Virus record (IMG/VR): IMGVR_UViG_3300032073_000002
Reading direction: 5' to 3' (one strand)
Length of the DNA stretch: 64,000 nt
From: an uncultured virus (IMG/VR IMGVR_UViG_3300032073_000002)
Lineage: Duplodnaviria; Heunggongvirae; Uroviricota; Caudoviricetes
Position 1 is the stretch's first letter; each line of letters opens with the position of its first letter. The notes beneath the pieces were generated by a model. The model was not told the origin of the DNA. It did not search any database and saw only the letters and a list, made by a program, of their open reading frames with translations. Below, one piece after another: positions 28,041-39,300 of the stretch. The translations under genes and the position numbers were made by a program.

Positions 28041-28286
28041 TTAGAATGTCCCACCGTCTAAAACGGTAGTTGTAGTCCATTTGTCTGATGCTTGGTCATA
28101 TGATAGTAATCCATCATCTGTTTCCGAAGCATTTACGTCTGCAAGTTCATTGATTGATTTTGCAGTGATGTCTGTTTGGGCTGCAGAAGTTCCACCCATA
28201 GCAACCTGTGTTGCTTTGATGTTTCCACCACCAGTGACTTTACCACCGACGGTTACAACTCTACTTAATGTTCCTCTAATTGCCAT
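28041..28286 (-). CDS. Small fibre-associated protein ending in DGGTF
   Basis: INELADVN...DGLLSYDQASDKW motif; C-terminal LDGGTF. Confidence 0.65.
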   Translation of the reverse strand: MAIRGTLSRVVTVGGKVTGGGNIKATQVAMGGTSAAQTDITAKSINELADVNASETDDGLLSYDQASDKWTTTTVLDGGTF

Positions 28287-28290
28287 ATTA

Positions 28291-28620
28291 TTACCTCGTC
28301 ACACTTGGGGTTACGATGGCTTGTCCTTCTATTACTCTAGTCGTTGTTGAACCACTAGTTACAGTCATATCGTAAACATACCTGCCTGGCTCCAATGCAC
28401 CAGTAACAGTATCGGTTAATGATAAAGTTACCTTACCATCAGACGCTGATACTACAGTACTGAATGTTGCACTTGCATTTGTTGAAGTATATGTCTTTCT
28501 CATTTGTGCAGCTGCAGTATAACCTGTTAAGTTAAGAACATTTCCAGTTGCATCGGTGACATCTACAGTAATGCTGAAGTCTGTATGTTGGTCGATAAAT
28601 ATGTTTGCAAGAATAGCCAT
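28291..28620 (-). CDS. Small virion structural protein (BppU-like beta sandwich)
   Basis: NIFIDQHTDF, LNLTGYTAAAQMRK, GRYVYD and RVIEGQAIVTP. Confidence 0.65.
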   Translation of the reverse strand: MAILANIFIDQHTDFSITVDVTDATGNVLNLTGYTAAAQMRKTYTSTNASATFSTVVSASDGKVTLSLTDTVTGALEPGRYVYDMTVTSGSTTTRVIEGQAIVTPSVTR

Positions 28621-28625
28621 ATAAC

Positions 28626-28633
28626 TATTTATA
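28626..28633 (-). promoter_or_regulatory. T4-type late promoter TATAAATA
   Basis: Exact match 5 nt before the 28620 start. Confidence 0.75.
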
Positions 28634-28656
28634 CCTTTTTAAGTTTTACTTATGAA

Positions 28657-29829
28657 TTAAGCACCAAACTCACCCATTGGGAACTGAGCAGTTGGTACAG
28701 ATTGGTGTGTTTTCCTTGCAGTTCCACTATCATTTACATAAGCTTCTTCTACCTTTCTTAGAGTTCCATTGTCATTAATGAATACACCTTTAACTTTTGC
28801 ATTTCTAGGTATGACTCTTTGATGTGAGTAAGTAACTTGATAGGTAAATGGACTTTGGTGTTGATATGATATCTGAGCTCCAGCATTATAGAAGAAAGGT
28901 GTTTGTGTATTTCTAATATTAGGTTGTTGTCCTTGTACTGAATTTTGATATGTGAACGGACTTCTATGTGCATAGGTAAATGGACTTCTTCCATCTGCAA
29001 TATATGGATAAGATACTTGCTTGTTTCTAATATTAGGTTCAGTTGCAGTTGCAATGTAAGGATAAGGTACATCGCGATTACCAATAGCTGGTTGTTGACC
29101 TGTTGTTGCATACGTAAATGGACTTCTATGTTGATAGATACTTGGTAATTGACCAGTTCTTTGATACGTAAATGGTGTTTGACTTTCTTTTACAACATTT
29201 GTTTGTGCATTACTAGGGTTTCTATATGTAAATGGAGACCTATGGTTGTATGAAACTTGTCTTATTGCTTGTCTATTATATGTAAACGGACTTCTTGTCT
29301 CGTAGGTAAACGGTGACCTATGAGCATATGTCGCAGGTTGTCTTGCATCACGTATGTTAGGTTCTCTTCCCTCTACAGGACTTCTATATGTGAGTGGACT
29401 TTGATGTTGATACGTAGACGGTGACCTGTGACTATATGTTAAAGGACTTCTATGTTGGTATGTATTAGGTTGTCTTGCCTCTCTTATGTTTGGTTCCTGT
29501 GCATTCACTGGACTTCTATAAGTGAACGGACTTCTATGTGCATAGGTAAATGGTGACCTGTGACTATATGTTAAAGGACTTCTATGTTGGTATGTACTAG
29601 GTTGTCTTGCTTCTCTAATATTAGGCTGTCTTGCATTTACAGGATTTCTATATGTAGTAGGTGTCTGACCCTGTGTGTCATAAGTTGCAGGCTGTCTTGC
29701 ATTTCTAATATTTGGTTCTTGTGCATTTGCAATATAGGGATAGGCGTTTTGTCTATTTGCTATAGAAGGCATCCTATATGAAACTATAGTAGGTTGTTGT
29801 AAACTATATGGTTGTTGAGCAATGGCCAT
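28657..29829 (-). CDS. Pro-rich modular repeat protein D (390 aa) with C-terminal adaptor-like domain; predicted partner of protein C
   Basis: Residues 5-336 parse into 43 modules; C-terminal KVKGVFINDNGTLRKVEEAYVNDSGTARK; start overlaps the stop of C. Confidence 0.85.
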   Translation of the reverse strand: MAIAQQPYSLQQPTIVSYRMPSIANRQNAYPYIANAQEPNIRNARQPATYDTQGQTPTTYRNPVNARQPNIREARQPSTYQHRSPLTYSHRSPFTYAHRSPFTYRSPVNAQEPNIREARQPNTYQHRSPLTYSHRSPSTYQHQSPLTYRSPVEGREPNIRDARQPATYAHRSPFTYETRSPFTYNRQAIRQVSYNHRSPFTYRNPSNAQTNVVKESQTPFTYQRTGQLPSIYQHRSPFTYATTGQQPAIGNRDVPYPYIATATEPNIRNKQVSYPYIADGRSPFTYAHRSPFTYQNSVQGQQPNIRNTQTPFFYNAGAQISYQHQSPFTYQVTYSHQRVIPRNAKVKGVFINDNGTLRKVEEAYVNDSGTARKTHQSVPTAQFPMGEFGA

Positions 29830-31571
29830 TATTGTAAATCTCCACCACCCTTAGACATCGACAATTGAATCAATTGACTCGTTGGGTTTGTTGTATAGAT
29901 AGTAGGATTACTTCCAACATTTCCATTCACAACTTTTAATTGTATTGAAACACCTGTAGAACGAAGATAACCTAAAGAACCTTGGTTACTACTGCCAGAA
30001 CTTGCAGACCACTTAAACCCTACCGCTGTTGAACTATTATCATTTTGTTCTCCATCCCAAATAAAATAAAATTGGTTTTTAACTTTTGCACCAGTTTCGT
30101 TAGCTGAATCATTTGGAAATTCAGCTGAACCACCAAAATTACTGTCATCTATATCAGCATTAGAATTCCATTTAGCAGATATCTCTATACCATCTCCATC
30201 TTGACTATCACCTTGGAAGTCTCCATAGAAGTTAATATAGTCTTCATAAACTGGGCCCATTGCTGCGCTATCGACTGCATACCATTTTGCTTTAACTGAA
30301 TATGCATTGGTACCACTTTCTTGCCAATCGAATCGCATTAAGCAACTGCCACTTGTTGCATATGCTGAAGAATGACTTCTTGTTGTTTCCCAAGTTCTAT
30401 TTGTTGTTGTGAGGCCTGACTGAGATTGACCCGCGTTAATATGAATCGCTGCACTGTTGCCTGGGCCCCAAGTAGTGTTGCCTGCATTGTTTGGTGCATC
30501 CTCTCCATCCACTCCATCATATATGGCGGGTTGTTGGGCAATTATTGGAGTTGATGAACTTGTAGTTGCTGGTGTCTGTACATTATAAGTCGTTGGTGTT
30601 TGACCTTGTCTTGCGTATGTAAATGGACTTTGATGTTGATAGGTAAACGGAGTCTGAGAATTTGCACTATAGGGATAAGGATTTTGTTTATTAACAGGGT
30701 TCTGATAAGTAAACGGTGACCTATAATTATAAGTAAACGCTGCTTGTGCATTTCTAATATTAGGTTCCTGTTGGTTTCTAATATTAGGCTCTTGTGCATT
30801 CTTAATAGTAGGTTGTTGTGCAGATACAGGATTCCTATATGTAAACGGTGACCTATGTTGATACGTAAACGCTGTTTGACTGCTTCTAATATTAGGTTCT
30901 TGCTGATTTCTTATATTAGGTTCTTGTTGGTTTCTAATATTTGGTTCTTGAGCAGACACAGGGTTCCTATAAGTGAACGGTGACCTGTAGTTATAAGTAA
31001 ACGGTGTTTGACTGTTTCTAATATTAGGTTCTTGTGCATTGACTTGATTCGATTCTTGTCCAGCTGCAATATAAGGATACGGTTGTTGTGTATCTCTTAT
31101 GTTCGGTTCTTGTGCATTTACAGGATTCTGATAAGTAAAGGGACTAGGGTGTTGGTAGAACCCAGGCTGTCTAGCATTTGCAATATAAGGATAAGGACTT
31201 TGTAAAGCCCTTCCATTTGGTTGTTGACCAGCTGCAATGTATGGATAAGGATTCTGAAAATTATATGTTGCTGGTTGCAGTCCTTGTCTTGCGTATGTAA
31301 ATGGACTTTGATGCTGATAGATTGTAGGTGTCTGACCCTGTCTTGTGTAAGTAAAGGGTTGTTGTGCATTCCTTATGTTTGGTTCTTGGCCAGATACAGG
31401 AGTATTGTATATGAACGGAGACCTGTATTGATACGTTGAGGGTTGACGAGATTCAGCTGTATAGATAGACTGTGTCTGTCTAATGTTTGGTTCTTGACCA
31501 TTTACTGGAACTCGAGCATTGTACGGTTGCTGAATTTCCGTTTCTATGTTTACAAATATTTCTTCAGACAT
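29829..31571 (-). CDS. Pro-rich modular repeat protein C (580 aa) with a C-terminal globular, possibly receptor-binding domain
   Basis: Residues 14-345 parse into 43 modules; about 230 non-repetitive S/G/N/W-rich residues follow. Confidence 0.85.
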   Translation of the reverse strand: MSEEIFVNIETEIQQPYNARVPVNGQEPNIRQTQSIYTAESRQPSTYQYRSPFIYNTPVSGQEPNIRNAQQPFTYTRQGQTPTIYQHQSPFTYARQGLQPATYNFQNPYPYIAAGQQPNGRALQSPYPYIANARQPGFYQHPSPFTYQNPVNAQEPNIRDTQQPYPYIAAGQESNQVNAQEPNIRNSQTPFTYNYRSPFTYRNPVSAQEPNIRNQQEPNIRNQQEPNIRSSQTAFTYQHRSPFTYRNPVSAQQPTIKNAQEPNIRNQQEPNIRNAQAAFTYNYRSPFTYQNPVNKQNPYPYSANSQTPFTYQHQSPFTYARQGQTPTTYNVQTPATTSSSTPIIAQQPAIYDGVDGEDAPNNAGNTTWGPGNSAAIHINAGQSQSGLTTTNRTWETTRSHSSAYATSGSCLMRFDWQESGTNAYSVKAKWYAVDSAAMGPVYEDYINFYGDFQGDSQDGDGIEISAKWNSNADIDDSNFGGSAEFPNDSANETGAKVKNQFYFIWDGEQNDNSSTAVGFKWSASSGSSNQGSLGYLRSTGVSIQLKVVNGNVGSNPTIYTTNPTSQLIQLSMSKGGGDLQ

Positions 31572-31572
31572 A

Positions 31573-33162
31573 TCATACTACAAACCATATGTGTCCAGTC
31601 GACGTTGACCCAACACCACTAGGTGCAGTTGACACAATTGCATAATCCAATTTAACATTATCGGATTCTAATTTAATTCCTTCACTTGCGTTGACAGCAA
31701 ACGTTAATCGAGTGTCTGAGCCAGTCCCTGTGTATGATTCACTTAGACCAGCACCTGCTACCATTAAATCATTTACATCGGAATCCCCATATTGAGGAGC
31801 TGCAGTAAGAATAATTTTATCATTATTATCTTGATAGTCTGCAGTTATATTTGAGTGGTCATTGTGGTCTAGTAATCCTTTAACTTTGTCTTGTGCGTAT
31901 TCTTGGAAAGTCTCTCCATTGAATGTTAAGTTACCATCGATGTCAACATCTCCACCAAAGTTAGTGTTACCACTAATGTCTGCATTTCCGTTGATATCAA
32001 GTGAACCACCTTCTATCTCTCCAGTTGCAGTAACGTTTCTAAATCCAGTGATATCTTTATTTGAATCTACTGCAACTGCTTTACTAGCAATTACAGTTCC
32101 GTTTGTTAGGTCATCAATTTTTTCTAAATCTGTTTGGTCTATTCTTGCATTTCCGATTACGAATTCGCTTCCAGCAGTAATATCTCCAGTTGCAGTAACG
32201 TTTCTAAATCCAGTGATATCTTTTGATGAATCAACTGCAACTACGTTACTAGCAGTAACACTTCCTAGTGTAGTTCCGTCAAGATAGTTAATCTCTGTAG
32301 TGGATAAAGTTGCACCGTCTATTATCTCTAGTTCAGTCTCATTTACTCTTGCATTTCCGATTACGAATTCACTTCCAGCAATTATGTCTGTAGATGAAGT
32401 AATGTCTCCACCAGCAGTTACCGTTGAAGTCAGAGCTGCAGTCCCACCACTTAGGTTACCGTTGAATATTGTTGAGGTGATAGAACTAAAACCTGTACCC
32501 ACACCGCCTGTAATCGTTGCTGTTGAATCGGTGAAGGTTGGTGCAGTGATTGTATGTCCAGTATCTACTGTAAAGTCGCCATCATGGAAAGTCTTACCAT
32601 ACATTTCAATTGTATTTGTACCAGTAAGAGCTGTTACCCTGTTAGCATCATCTGCATAATTACCATTTAAAATTATTCCACTATCGTTATTATTATAAAT
32701 TGTGTTTTCAGATGTCTCTGTAAAGAAACCAATTGATTGACCACCGATTGTAGATGTTCCTAAGTATGAACCTGTGAAAGAATATATGACAACCATGTCA
32801 TTTGCAGCTGCAGCTGATGTTAGAGTCAATCTAAAATAGATATTTCCAGTTACTTGGGATATAGAATAGTCTGCACCCTCTAATAATAGAGTTGAATTCT
32901 TAAATACTTGGAATCTATCCTGTCTTAATCTAAGTGTATTACTAAAATCGTCTGCACCAGTGAATACTGACTGACCAGCTGTTGCAGTATAGATAAACTC
33001 TTGGAAAAAGAATGACTTATCTTCCAAACTATTAAGTGCATCTATTACTGTTTCAGTATTTTCTGTTCTTAAGCCAGACTTATCACCAACATCAACAGCC
33101 AATTCGTTGTATTTGGTTCTAAACTGTTCAATAGTTGAGTATGTGTCTACTGTTTTTGCCAT
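31573..33162 (-). CDS. Tail fibre protein (529 aa)
   Basis: N-terminal STIEQFRTKYNELAVDVGD, internal duplication, C-terminal STAPSGVGSTSTGHIW motif. Confidence 0.75.
   Translation of the reverse strand: MAKTVDTYSTIEQFRTKYNELAVDVGDKSGLRTENTETVIDALNSLEDKSFFFQEFIYTATAGQSVFTGADDFSNTLRLRQDRFQVFKNSTLLLEGADYSISQVTGNIYFRLTLTSAAAANDMVVIYSFTGSYLGTSTIGGQSIGFFTETSENTIYNNNDSGIILNGNYADDANRVTALTGTNTIEMYGKTFHDGDFTVDTGHTITAPTFTDSTATITGGVGTGFSSITSTIFNGNLSGGTAALTSTVTAGGDITSSTDIIAGSEFVIGNARVNETELEIIDGATLSTTEINYLDGTTLGSVTASNVVAVDSSKDITGFRNVTATGDITAGSEFVIGNARIDQTDLEKIDDLTNGTVIASKAVAVDSNKDITGFRNVTATGEIEGGSLDINGNADISGNTNFGGDVDIDGNLTFNGETFQEYAQDKVKGLLDHNDHSNITADYQDNNDKIILTAAPQYGDSDVNDLMVAGAGLSESYTGTGSDTRLTFAVNASEGIKLESDNVKLDYAIVSTAPSGVGSTSTGHIWFVV
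32017..32224. repeat. Intragenic direct repeat (about 40 bp identical core) within the 529-aa fibre
   Basis: TCTCCAGTTGCAGTAACGTTTCTAAATCCAGTGATATCTTT occurs twice (KDITGFRNVTATG x2); AGSEFVIGNAR is also duplicated. Confidence 0.8.
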
Positions 33163-33371
33163 TATGTCCTATCCAATAATTGTTGAAGCATCAATTTCAT
33201 CTCTGATACGTCACTTTTAAGAGTATTTATCTCTTCTTTCTGAGCTAAAAATCTTTGTTTTCTAACTTTATGTAATCTATATTGTTCTACGTCTGTATTT
33301 ATGATAGCATGAGAAGTTTCTTCTCTATAAAGATGAGTATGTCCTTCGACTTTGATACCCATCTTATGCAA
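33162..33371 (-). CDS. Small hypothetical protein (coiled-coil C-terminus)
   Basis: KVEGHTHLYRE..AIINTD..EINTLKSDVSEMK; overlaps both neighbours. Confidence 0.7.
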   Translation of the reverse strand: MHKMGIKVEGHTHLYREETSHAIINTDVEQYRLHKVRKQRFLAQKEEINTLKSDVSEMKLMLQQLLDRT

Positions 33372-36300
33372 GTGCCATACATCTTAGTGCAGTTACCGCT
33401 GGCACTATTGCTGTACTTGTTCCTTGTCCCACTATCTTAACAACGAATCCACTAAACTCGGGTAAATTATCTGCAGTGAACTCATATTCTTTAAAGTTTC
33501 TTGCATCTGCTTCTGTTGTGACATCGGGTGAACCATCCGTATTGAAATATTCAAATCCGACATCATCTAATAAAGTTTCTTCGTCATTTTTGATGATTTT
33601 ATACATCAATTTAAGTTCTGTTGTTGGTGGTCTATACATATCTGCAATAACTTTTAAAGATGTTGCTGGAGTTTTAAGATTCACCTTCCTTGTTACATAG
33701 ACCATTGCATTATTATCACCCTCTGACTCAGTTGATGGAACGAATGTTGAACCGACTGGTAAGGATTTTGTAGTACCATTGTTTTTAGTACCAGTTGCAC
33801 TGTCTATATTGTTAATTCTGTTTGCAATTGCTAAACAACCCGCTGCTTGTATATCAATCATAGGTGATATGTTAGGGTTGAATGACATTAATTGTAATTG
33901 TAAATTGAAAGATTTCTGTGATGACATCTCTCTAGATTCATTATCACTTGAAGCTACAATTGATGGTGTGTCAAAGAATACATTATCATTTAATGTTACA
34001 AATTTATTTGTTGAACGTCTTTGATATGCCTCTCCACTAATAATACCTTCGGGTGAATACTGAGGAGTTGTAAGAACGTTTGCACTAATAATGGTTCCTT
34101 GCAGTTGAACTGAAGGAATCATTGTATGAATTGCATCAAAGTAATAGTTTCTTGTTGCAGTTGCATTTGCACCACCACCGATTGTTGATTCGAATGCATA
34201 AAGACTTGAGAATGAGTATCCGCTGAGAGATGGAGTAAATCTAAATGAATCTATTCCTCTATCTGCAAGAGTGCTATGTAATGTATTGATTACTGCAATA
34301 GGACAACCACCTAAAGTATCTTCGGGTGTTCCTAATACTACACTTACATCTGCATTGGAAGTTCCAATATTTGTAATTGTAATGTTATCACCAGCAGTAT
34401 AGTTCTGTCCAACTTTTAAAATATTTACATCTGTAATTGCACCACTTGCTATGATAACTTCACACTTGATTCCACTACCTGTTCCACCACTATGAGTATC
34501 ATCTGTACAGTTGATTGTTCCATCTGCTGGTAAAGTATCAGAACCAATCTGTGAGAAACTTGATACTATCACTGCAGAATTTTTCTTGTCTCCAACAATA
34601 CCAGCTATTGTTACATTATCTTTATTATTGGTGTCATCATAGAAACCATGATTATAAGAATACACTTTAAGTTTTTTATCTGCAAAAGTTTCTATCGGAT
34701 TTGTTTGTAGGTTAGTGTATGGTAAAGCATCATTTTCGAAATTAACATTACCAACTTTATCAATCTCATATTTTGCAACCTTCATGTTAAATTTAAGGTC
34801 ATCTGTTTGTTCTGCAGTCCAAGTAGAAGCATTCTGTGACATGAATAATGAACCAGCATATGGTTGTCCACTTATAACTTCTGCAGTTGTTAAATCTGTT
34901 TCACCCATTCTAGAAATAAAGCACTCATACTCATTAGAGTTTGAGTATACAACGAAACAATATTCATTGTCCTGTTCTAAGTGAACTGGTGATTCGAATG
35001 TAAATGTTGTTGCAACTGAACCATCAGCTGATGTATTAATATCATCGGGGTTTTTAGTAACGTCTGAGAAAGGTAATACTATCTGGCCTGGATATCCATT
35101 TACCATGTTTCTAATTTGTACTGAACAAGGCATAAATGTATCTTTTGTTGCAAAGAATAAATCTATTGAAGTCATATCCATACCACCTTGTGCATCAACC
35201 AAGAATGATTGTGCAAGTGGGTCACCCCATCCTCTCATCTCTCCACCATTTAAAGCAAAGATTAAAGGTCTTTCTATTGTTCGTTCTACAAAATCTCTTC
35301 TATCAATTTGTGGCACTGCTACTGGTAAAGGTGGCGGTGTTGGAAGAGTTATAACTGGTGGTATAAATCTAATATCGGGTATGATGTTAGGTATTGTAAT
35401 TGGAAAGTCGGGAATTATAGGTTCGGGTATATCAATTATTTGAATAGAGTTATCGACTGGTATCTCGTTTACTGGTGGGAAAATTGGGCCATCTGCATGT
35501 ACTTCAGAGTTTAATCTCTCACCTCTTCTTGAGAAGTCTCTTGTTGCTGAATGGTCTTCTCTAATTACTCTACCATTTCTTGTTGATACGATTTCTGTTT
35601 GTGTTGCTTGTAAAATACCTTGTGCAGAGTACATTCCATTTCCCTGTGAAGCAGGGTTTGCCATATTGTAGAAACTTGAAGTAATTCTTAAGTCTCTTTG
35701 ACCTGTTGGGAATCTTTGAGCTGCACTGTTAGGCAATTCAAAGTATGCTCTTAGTCTTCCATTACCATCTGTTTTACATTCTGAAGTAACTGTTGTTCCA
35801 CCGTCTTGTGAATACGTTGCATTGAAAGGTCTTACAAATTTGTTAACATTGATGTTATCAAAATAGAAGTAATGGTTTGAATTTGGTTTTAAATTTGTTG
35901 CATCAATTTCAATTGTTCTTGAACGGATAAATGGTATCAATGACATTGATACAACTCTATCGTTTCTTGTCTCTACAAAATCTTCAACTACAGTTGTTGT
36001 TACACCAGTTCTTGTTTGAATTTCGGGTGTCTCTGTAATTTCTCTACTAACAGTTATTCCTGCTACCCACTCTCCACCTTGTAATGGGTCTCCACTCCAT
36101 GAACCATTTGAAGTTGATTGAACTTCTGTTGATACAGCTGAAGGTTCTCCAACCCATGTTGTTTGCCATGAGTTCCAAACTGTTCCTAATGAGTTTGCAT
36201 TCTCAGCCATAACAGCATCAAAGTTACCTTCACGGTTAACTCTCACATCGGGTAATCTTTCTGTGTCTTGCCAGATATCTGTATCGGGTGTTAATTTAAC

Positions 36301-39300
36301 ATTACCGATAAATGCAAATACGTGATAAGGGTTAACATTAATTGAACGAGAAGCTTTATCTTGATTAACATAACTAACTTCACTATATGGTAAAGTAATT
36401 ATATCACCAGTCTTTTTAAAGTTTGTTGATGCACCTACGTTTTGTGTAATACCAAAGAATTGAGTAAATGACTTAGGTCTTAACATACCCATCTTGGTAT
36501 CAATAGCACAGTTGTAATCGGGATGATTTACATCACCAATTTTATGACCTCTGAAGTTATCTACTAAGAAGCCTGATTTGTATCTATCAAATCCGTCTGC
36601 ATCTAAAATTTGTTTTGTTTGTGTGTCTTTTTCTAATAGAGAAAGAGATGTAATTCTTTCAAGGTTAGTAACCCTATTGTTTATCTTACCGATATCCTTC
36701 ATGGTATATCGTCTATGGTCAAAACTTCTTATTTGAACATCACTTAATTTATTGGTATACGGTGGTATTCTCATTTCGAATAACTGTATACTATCATCTA
36801 AAGCTGTAGGTTTAGTTGGAGATAATGCTGGAGTTCCTTGAGATATTTCGAACTTACCTTTCTTATGTAAGAATACTTTATCTATTCTTCCAACATAGAA
36901 TTCAATATCACCTTTAAGAGATGAACCACTTACTGGAACATCTACTGCGTTAGCACCTGTATCTGTAATACCAGTTCTTGCATCAGCGAAAGAACGACCA
37001 CTCTCATAACCAAATGGTGCAAATACAGCTCCACTGGTTGAGTTCGATAAATCTACTGCAGCTGCTACGTTCTGAGAAACATTAGATGAAAATGTAGTTG
37101 TCCCTAAAATTTGTCCTACTACTGGTCTAAAGTCAACACAATCTGAAAGTTCAAATGTTCCATCGGGTTCTAGTCCACCTAAGTCTACCTTGTTTGGTGA
37201 GTAAACTGGAATGTCTTTATAATCGATTGATGAATAAGAATTTACATCAAAGAAGTCTCCACCACCCGATACTGTAAAGGAATCAAACACTAGTAAAAGT
37301 GGATTACTTGGTTTAGGTTGGCCAGGTTTTAATGTTAGTTTGGATAAGTCATAGTATCCATCTCTTTGACCATTGTCAAAGAAGTATCTGTCTTTAATGT
37401 CGGGGGAACCTGCGTTAACTCCACCACTTTCTGCAGTCGGCATTGTACCACTTGCAAGTGATGTTTGTCCTACTACAGTTTCACTTGGTAAGAATACTTC
37501 ACCATCTGTTGATGTATAATACCAATATGAGAGATTACCACCACCAAAATTAATAAGACTTGCTCTTGCACCCGAAGTCTGACCAATGATTATTTCGTGG
37601 TTAACAAATTCATCACTTGTGGTTATAATTGCATTTGGAGTAATTGGTGTCCCATCAATTCCTTCGAATACTCCAATAACTTTGTGTACGTCTGCAACAC
37701 CTAATGTAATATCTTTGTCATCGTATGCAGTTCCATAGAAACCATTATCACTTCTAGGTTTTGATACTTTTAAAACTCTTGCTTTGGATAATGATTTACC
37801 TCTTGAGGTAACACCACTAGTTTTTGTTACTGTATATGTTACATCAACAAAGGCACCATTGTTACCTGTAAGAGTCAAAGTTAATACTTCTGCGTTACCA
37901 GCAACGTTTACACTTGGGTTTAAATCTTCAACATTAAGTAAATCCCCAGCTGCATAACCACTACCTGCTTCTCTTACTGAGATTGAAAAGTTATCTGTAT
38001 TTCGTGCATTGAATGTCTCATGGGCTCCAGTAGTTATACTTATCTGATTAGATGCAACTTCTTTAACTACTTGTCTTCTTACTGTTACAGATTTTGGAGT
38101 ATGACTTGCAACAAAATCTCTTGGGAATGCATGTATGTTTGCAGTCTGATTTTGGTCAAACAATTTTGCACGTCTTCTGACTGCATTACCACTTCCAGCT
38201 GCTATTGAGTTTGCAGTCAAGACTAAAGCTGTTTCTGAGGTGACTGAAGCAACGGTATTAACATTACCTGCTTGGTCTATTATTTGGTCACCCTCTTTTA
38301 ATTCTTTTGCAAACTGAGTTGCAAAACCTGTTACAGCTGTTGAGTTTGTAGCTACAAAGGTAACTGTTCCACTTAGAACATTATCTTGTGATAATGAAAC
38401 ATCTGCAGTGAAAATTTCTCTGTTAGTATTGTTAGGTTTTTGTGCAACTGCTCTTGCACGGTCAATGTTGTAAGTTCTAATTGCACTACAAGATGTAAGT
38501 GTTGCAGTGCTTCCACCACCTTCTGCTGATATATTATCAGAAGTTGTAAATGCACCTTGTACATCATGTACAAAGAGATTACTTCCCTCGACATGGTGAA
38601 CGATAGCACTTGTACCAGTTGAACTACCAGTAACTTTATCACCTGCTACGAATGTGTTTGCAATCGTACCAGTAAGTTTAGTAAACATCTTGATATCAAA
38701 TAAATATAAATTCCAAAGAGCTGTGTCTGTATAGACATCACTTGAGTCGATACCTTCATGAAGGTCTACGTTTCTAATTCTACATGTTCCAATATTACCA
38801 GTTGCACTTAAGGCTCCATCTGTATCTGATATACCTAAGTCTGCTACTAGGTTATCATATAGTAATGCTGGATTATGTGGGTCAATAGTATCTGAACCAG
38901 TTTCGTTACCGAACTCGGGTAGACCATGAGCATTAGTAACTCTTAATTTATTTCCTAATCTGATTGGTGCTGATACACCAGTCAATGATTCTGTTGTTCT
39001 TGCTTTTTGAATGTTTAGAGTAGTTGTTCCAACTTTATCAATTTCATAACCTCTAACATATGCCTTGCCCGGCGATACCATGAATACGAATCTTCCTTCG
39101 TCTCCACCATTATTCTTCGTATAGAAACCTAAATTAGTTCCGTCATCTAAATGTTGTCTTAATGATGCAGTAAATTGTGTGACTACGAAGTCTCCGTTTG
39201 CATCGAATGTTCTTCGTGCAAGAGTGTTTTCTATTTCTGCATATTTTGTTTTGTCTATTTTAAGTGTGATAACACCTGCGTTAACTCTTGATAGTTCAAC

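Noticed and set aside
17702..31571. Diversity-generating retroelement or RiPP precursor array
   Set aside because: No reverse transcriptase or adenine-specific template/variable repeat pair was seen. There is no leader/core/protease architecture, and the strict reverse order between genes is not explained by either model.
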